Of a stretch of 10,746 nt of DNA, positions 7,797 through 10,746 are shown in pieces. The translations under genes and the position numbers were made by a program. The notes below the pieces were generated by a model, which was not told the DNA's origin, made no database searches, and saw only the letters and a program-made list of their open reading frames with translations. Source of the DNA: Octopus sinensis (Eukaryota); contig NW_021827109.1 of NCBI RefSeq assembly GCF_006345805.1, positions 1-10,746 on the forward strand, read 5' to 3'. The stretch's first letter is position 1. Every line of letters starts with the position of its first letter.

Positions 7797-8400
7797 GAAG
7801 AGAGAGAGGAGAAGGAGAAGGGGAGGGGAGGAGGTGGAGTAGAAGAAGAAGGATGATGTGAGGAAGGGAGAAGGAGGTGGAGGAATGAGGAAGGATGAGG
7901 AGGAGAAGTACGAGAGGAGGAGGGGAATGAGGAGGAGAGGGTAGGAGAAGAAGTAGGACGGGATGAGGAGAAGGGGGAAAGAGGAGGAGGGGGAAAGAGA
8001 AGGAGGGGGAGGAGAAGAAGTAGGACGGGATGAGGAGGAGGGGGGATGAAGATGAGAATATGAGGAAGAGGGAAGGAGGAGGAAGAGGTGAAGAATGGGA
8101 AGGGAGGGGAGGGGAAGAAAAAGACGAAGAAGAAAGATGAGGTGGGGAAGGGAGGAGAAGGGGAGGAGAAGGATGAGGAGGAGAGGTCAGGAGGGGAGAG
8201 GGGAGTATGAGAGGTAGGAGGGGATGAGGAGGATGGGGAATGAGGAGAAGAGGGGATGAGGAGAAGTACGAGGGGAGGAGAAGTAGGAACGGATGAGGAG
8301 GAGGAGGAGGAGGAGGAGGAGGATGAGAAGAAGAAGAAGAAGAAAGGTGAGAGAAAGGCGTTGAGTGCAGAGGAGAGGAGAAGATTGGAAAGGAATGAAG
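7797..8400 (+). repeat. Polypurine (GGA/GAA/GGG) low-complexity tract with internal ~28-nt repeats
   Basis: The plus strand is almost entirely A/G. Exact 28-nt repeat aggagaagaagtaggacgggatgaggag at 7943-7970 and 8010-8037. Confidence 0.9.
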
Positions 8401-8461
8401 CGAGCATGTTTCTTTGTTGCGGATGCAATGTGAGCATGCGCGAACGTCACAGTGCAAATGT

Positions 8462-8464
<3 letters not shown>

Positions 8465-8504
<40 letters not shown>
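8465..8504. repeat. (GA)20 microsatellite
   Basis: Direct reading. Confidence 0.97.
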
Positions 8505-8506
<2 letters not shown>

Positions 8507-8710
8507 AGGAATAAGAGGAATTAGATGTTGTGTTCAAGAGAGGAGGCTGCGCTCGAGGATCCTTTTATCAATGAATCCATCATTTTGAGATTTGGTTTGC
8601 AAGATTCTTTATGTGAGTTCGTGTGTTGAAGCATATTCTGTTGTGTCTGAGGAGAGTCATTTTCTTTTAGTGCTGTATAATTTAAGACACTCACATACAC
8701 CCATATACAT

Positions 8711-8940
8711 ACGTTTGTGTACGTTTGTGTCCGTGTTTGTCGCCCACAACCACTTGGCAGCCGCTGTTGGGTCGGTTACATCCCCGTATATTAGCATTTC
8801 ATCAATAGAGAAATCTATAGAATAAGTTACTAGGCTTAAAAAATAACACTTGGGGATGATTTGTTCGACTAAATCCATTGAAGGCGGTACTCCAGTATGG
8901 CTGCAGTCAAATGTCTGAAACAGGTAACAGAATAAAAGAA
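8711..8940 (+). mobile_element. 3' half of an octopus-type SINE
   Basis: gtgtttgtcgcccacaaccacttggcagccgctgttggg...gaataagttactaggc...cacttggggatgatttgttcgact...aaggcggtactccagtatggctgcagtcaaatgtctgaaaca, ending in aataaaagaa. It shares the ctgggg-cgat-cgact motif with the SINEs at 3570 and 6774. Confidence 0.7.
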
Positions 8941-8964
8941 TATACATATATATATGTATATCTA

Positions 8965-8995
<31 letters not shown>

Positions 8996-9300
8996 ATATA
9001 TATATATTGCTCATTACTTATATTTAATTTAACGTTTACATACTTTTTGGTTATTTATTTAAAAAAAAAATTTTAAGTTTCATAATTTAAATTTTTAAAA
9101 TATAAAAATTTAAAAATATAAATTAAAAAATTTTAAATTTTAATCTGAATTTAAAATTTTATATTTTATATATATATTATATATTATATTACTTATATTT
9201 ATTTTTTTATTTTTTATGGTTTGGTTTATGTCTATATATATACATATATACATATATGTATACATACATATATGCATATATATATATATATATATACAAA
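8941..9300. repeat. (TA)n/(TCTA)n microsatellites and extremely AT-rich low-complexity DNA
   Basis: Direct reading. Confidence 0.9.
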
Positions 9301-9687
9301 AAGCAATAAAGATTCAAGTTAATTTAAATGAATTTACTTGAATATGGTACCTAACTTAGATGCACCAAAAAAAACTATACTGATTTAACAATACAGTAAT
9401 GTGGGGTGATTATAAGCGAGAAAGAAGCAACAAGAATGGATAGGTTTTTAGTACAATCGTTTCATACAAGGACAGGTTTTATTAAAAGTTGCAAAGATTA
9501 CAGCATATAAACGTGTCCCGTACTCATCAGCTAAAATACATGTGAGTTCCCTAGACATCCTAGTGTTTGAGGCTATACTCATGAAGTAATGTAGATAATT
9601 AAGTAACATAAACAGATTTCCAAAGTTCATTAAAGTTCTTTAAAGATGATGTACAGTCTTATCACAGAATTTTAAAAAAGTTTTAAT

Positions 9688-9980
9688 AGCATCACAGAGA
9701 AGGTGACCTAATCCATAGTGCACATATGAATTTCCAGAGATATGATGAGGGATTATATACTCACAGAAGACAAATTTATCCATTGTTAATTACAACGAGG
9801 TGGGTCTCAATTCCTGCTTATTAGCATTACAGAGAGGGTGAATTAATCCTTTGTATAGATGCACAATTTCCAATGGTGTAGATGAAAATTTCCAGAGAAA
9901 TGAAGAGGAATTTCATATTCACAGTCGATAAATTTATCAATGGATTGAACACAATGAGGCAGGTATCAATTCTTGTTATA
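9688..9980. repeat. Old imperfect tandem duplication (units ~9688-9822 and ~9823-9980)
   Basis: Both units start agcat(c/t)acagaga(a/g)ggtga; the cores 9731-9785 and 9889-9943 match at 44/55 without gaps. Confidence 0.75.
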
Positions 9981-10080
9981 TGATTAGGTATTTGCCACAT
10001 TAATCACATTACTGCTATTTACAAGAGGCTGTAGCTATTTAACTCTTAAATGCTGAAGGGCTTTCTAGAGCGGCCAAGAA

Positions 10081-10270
10081 TATAAAAGGGAAGGGAATAG
10101 AAGAAAAGAGAGAAAATAAAAGAGAGAAAATAAAGGAGGAGGGAGCAAAAAGGGGGGGAAGGGGACTAAAAGGAAGAGAAAAGGAAAAAGAGAATAAGAA
10201 GAAGAAAATGAAAGAAGAGAAAAGAGAAAGAAATAGGGAAAGAAGGGAAAAAAAGAAAAAGAAAAAAAGA
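10081..10270 (+). repeat. A/G-rich low-complexity tract
   Basis: Direct reading (gaaaa/gagaa units). Confidence 0.85.
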
Positions 10271-10543
10271 GGGTTCTAGTTATACAGAAGAATTAGTAGA
10301 CGGCAAGTCTGGTTTTAATTAACAGGCATCTAGGAACTAGAGGAGAATATTATTCTTTGACCAGTAAAACAGCAAATTTATTGCTGTTGAAATCAGCTAT
10401 GAGTTTAAAGAGAATCTAAAGAGATAACACAGTCAGGGGTTAAGGGGTCAGATGCTAAAATCACCAGAAAATACATTAGGAAAATCTAAGTATAATCTTA
10501 TCAAAAAGTCATTAAAAATTTACTTATTTAATTTATTTAACTT

Positions 10544-10635
10544 ACACACGCACACACACACACACACACACACTTACACACGCACATATATTTATATTTA
10601 TTATTTATATTTACTATTTTTGTTGTTGTCGTTGT
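10544..10635. repeat. (CA)n followed by (TTA)/(TTG) simple repeats
   Basis: Direct reading. Confidence 0.9.
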
Positions 10636-10746
10636 AGCTGGTACTCCGTCGGTGACGACGACTAGGTTTCCAGTTGATGCAATCCACAGAACAGCCTGTT
10701 GCTCGTGAAATTATCGTGCAAGTGGCTGAGTACTCCACAGACACGT
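10636..10746 (-). mobile_element. 3' end of an octopus-type SINE, continuing beyond the window
   Basis: ggtttccagttgatgcaatccacagaacagcctgttgctcgtgaaattatcgtgcaagtggctgagtactccacagacacgt matches, from recall, a high-copy octopus SINE in reverse orientation. The adjacent (TTG)n would be its simple-repeat tail. Confidence 0.55.

Noticed and set aside
7777-8588. Long ORFs 7777-8457 (-), 7787-8437 (-), 8187-8537 (-) and 8256-8588 (+)
   Set aside because: They arise because the polypurine and (GA)n tracts lack stop codons; the products are poly-S/P/L/F or poly-E/K/R with no domain.
9448-9630. Minus-strand ORF with DEYGTRLY, vaguely like an LDYG..LY RT motif
   Set aside because: Only one weak motif and no flanking RT signatures.

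Overview
AT-rich, microsatellite-rich, repeat-dominated eukaryotic DNA with no intact protein-coding gene. The tRNA-derived SINEs match, from my recall and without a database search, the abundant SINEs of Octopus genomes, so an octopod origin is inferred. From 5' to 3': (1) a decayed 3' portion of an R4/Dong-like non-LTR retrotransposon with a CCHC finger and restriction-like endonuclease (~115-1385); (2) AT-rich spacer with old SINE fragments and two weak candidate host exons; (3) a well-preserved SINE (3570-3801) abutting a decayed L1/Tx1-like element (ORF1 plus the N-terminal half of the ORF2 AP endonuclease, 3802-5689); (4) two long near-perfect palindromes on either side of a (TA)n tract (5734-6239); (5) a pile of SINE and RTE-like fragments (6774-7796); (6) a ~600-nt polypurine tract, (GA)20 and a possible promoter/first exon (7797-8618); (7) further SINE pieces, an old tandem duplication and simple repeats. 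The most interesting signals are inside the Tx1-like element: an inversion bounded by a 7-bp inverted repeat with a 27-nt templated bridge (twin-priming-like), and a GTAAGT donor plus polypyrimidine/AG acceptor packed into the ORF1-ORF2 junction. Neither establishes a new biological system, but both are testable.
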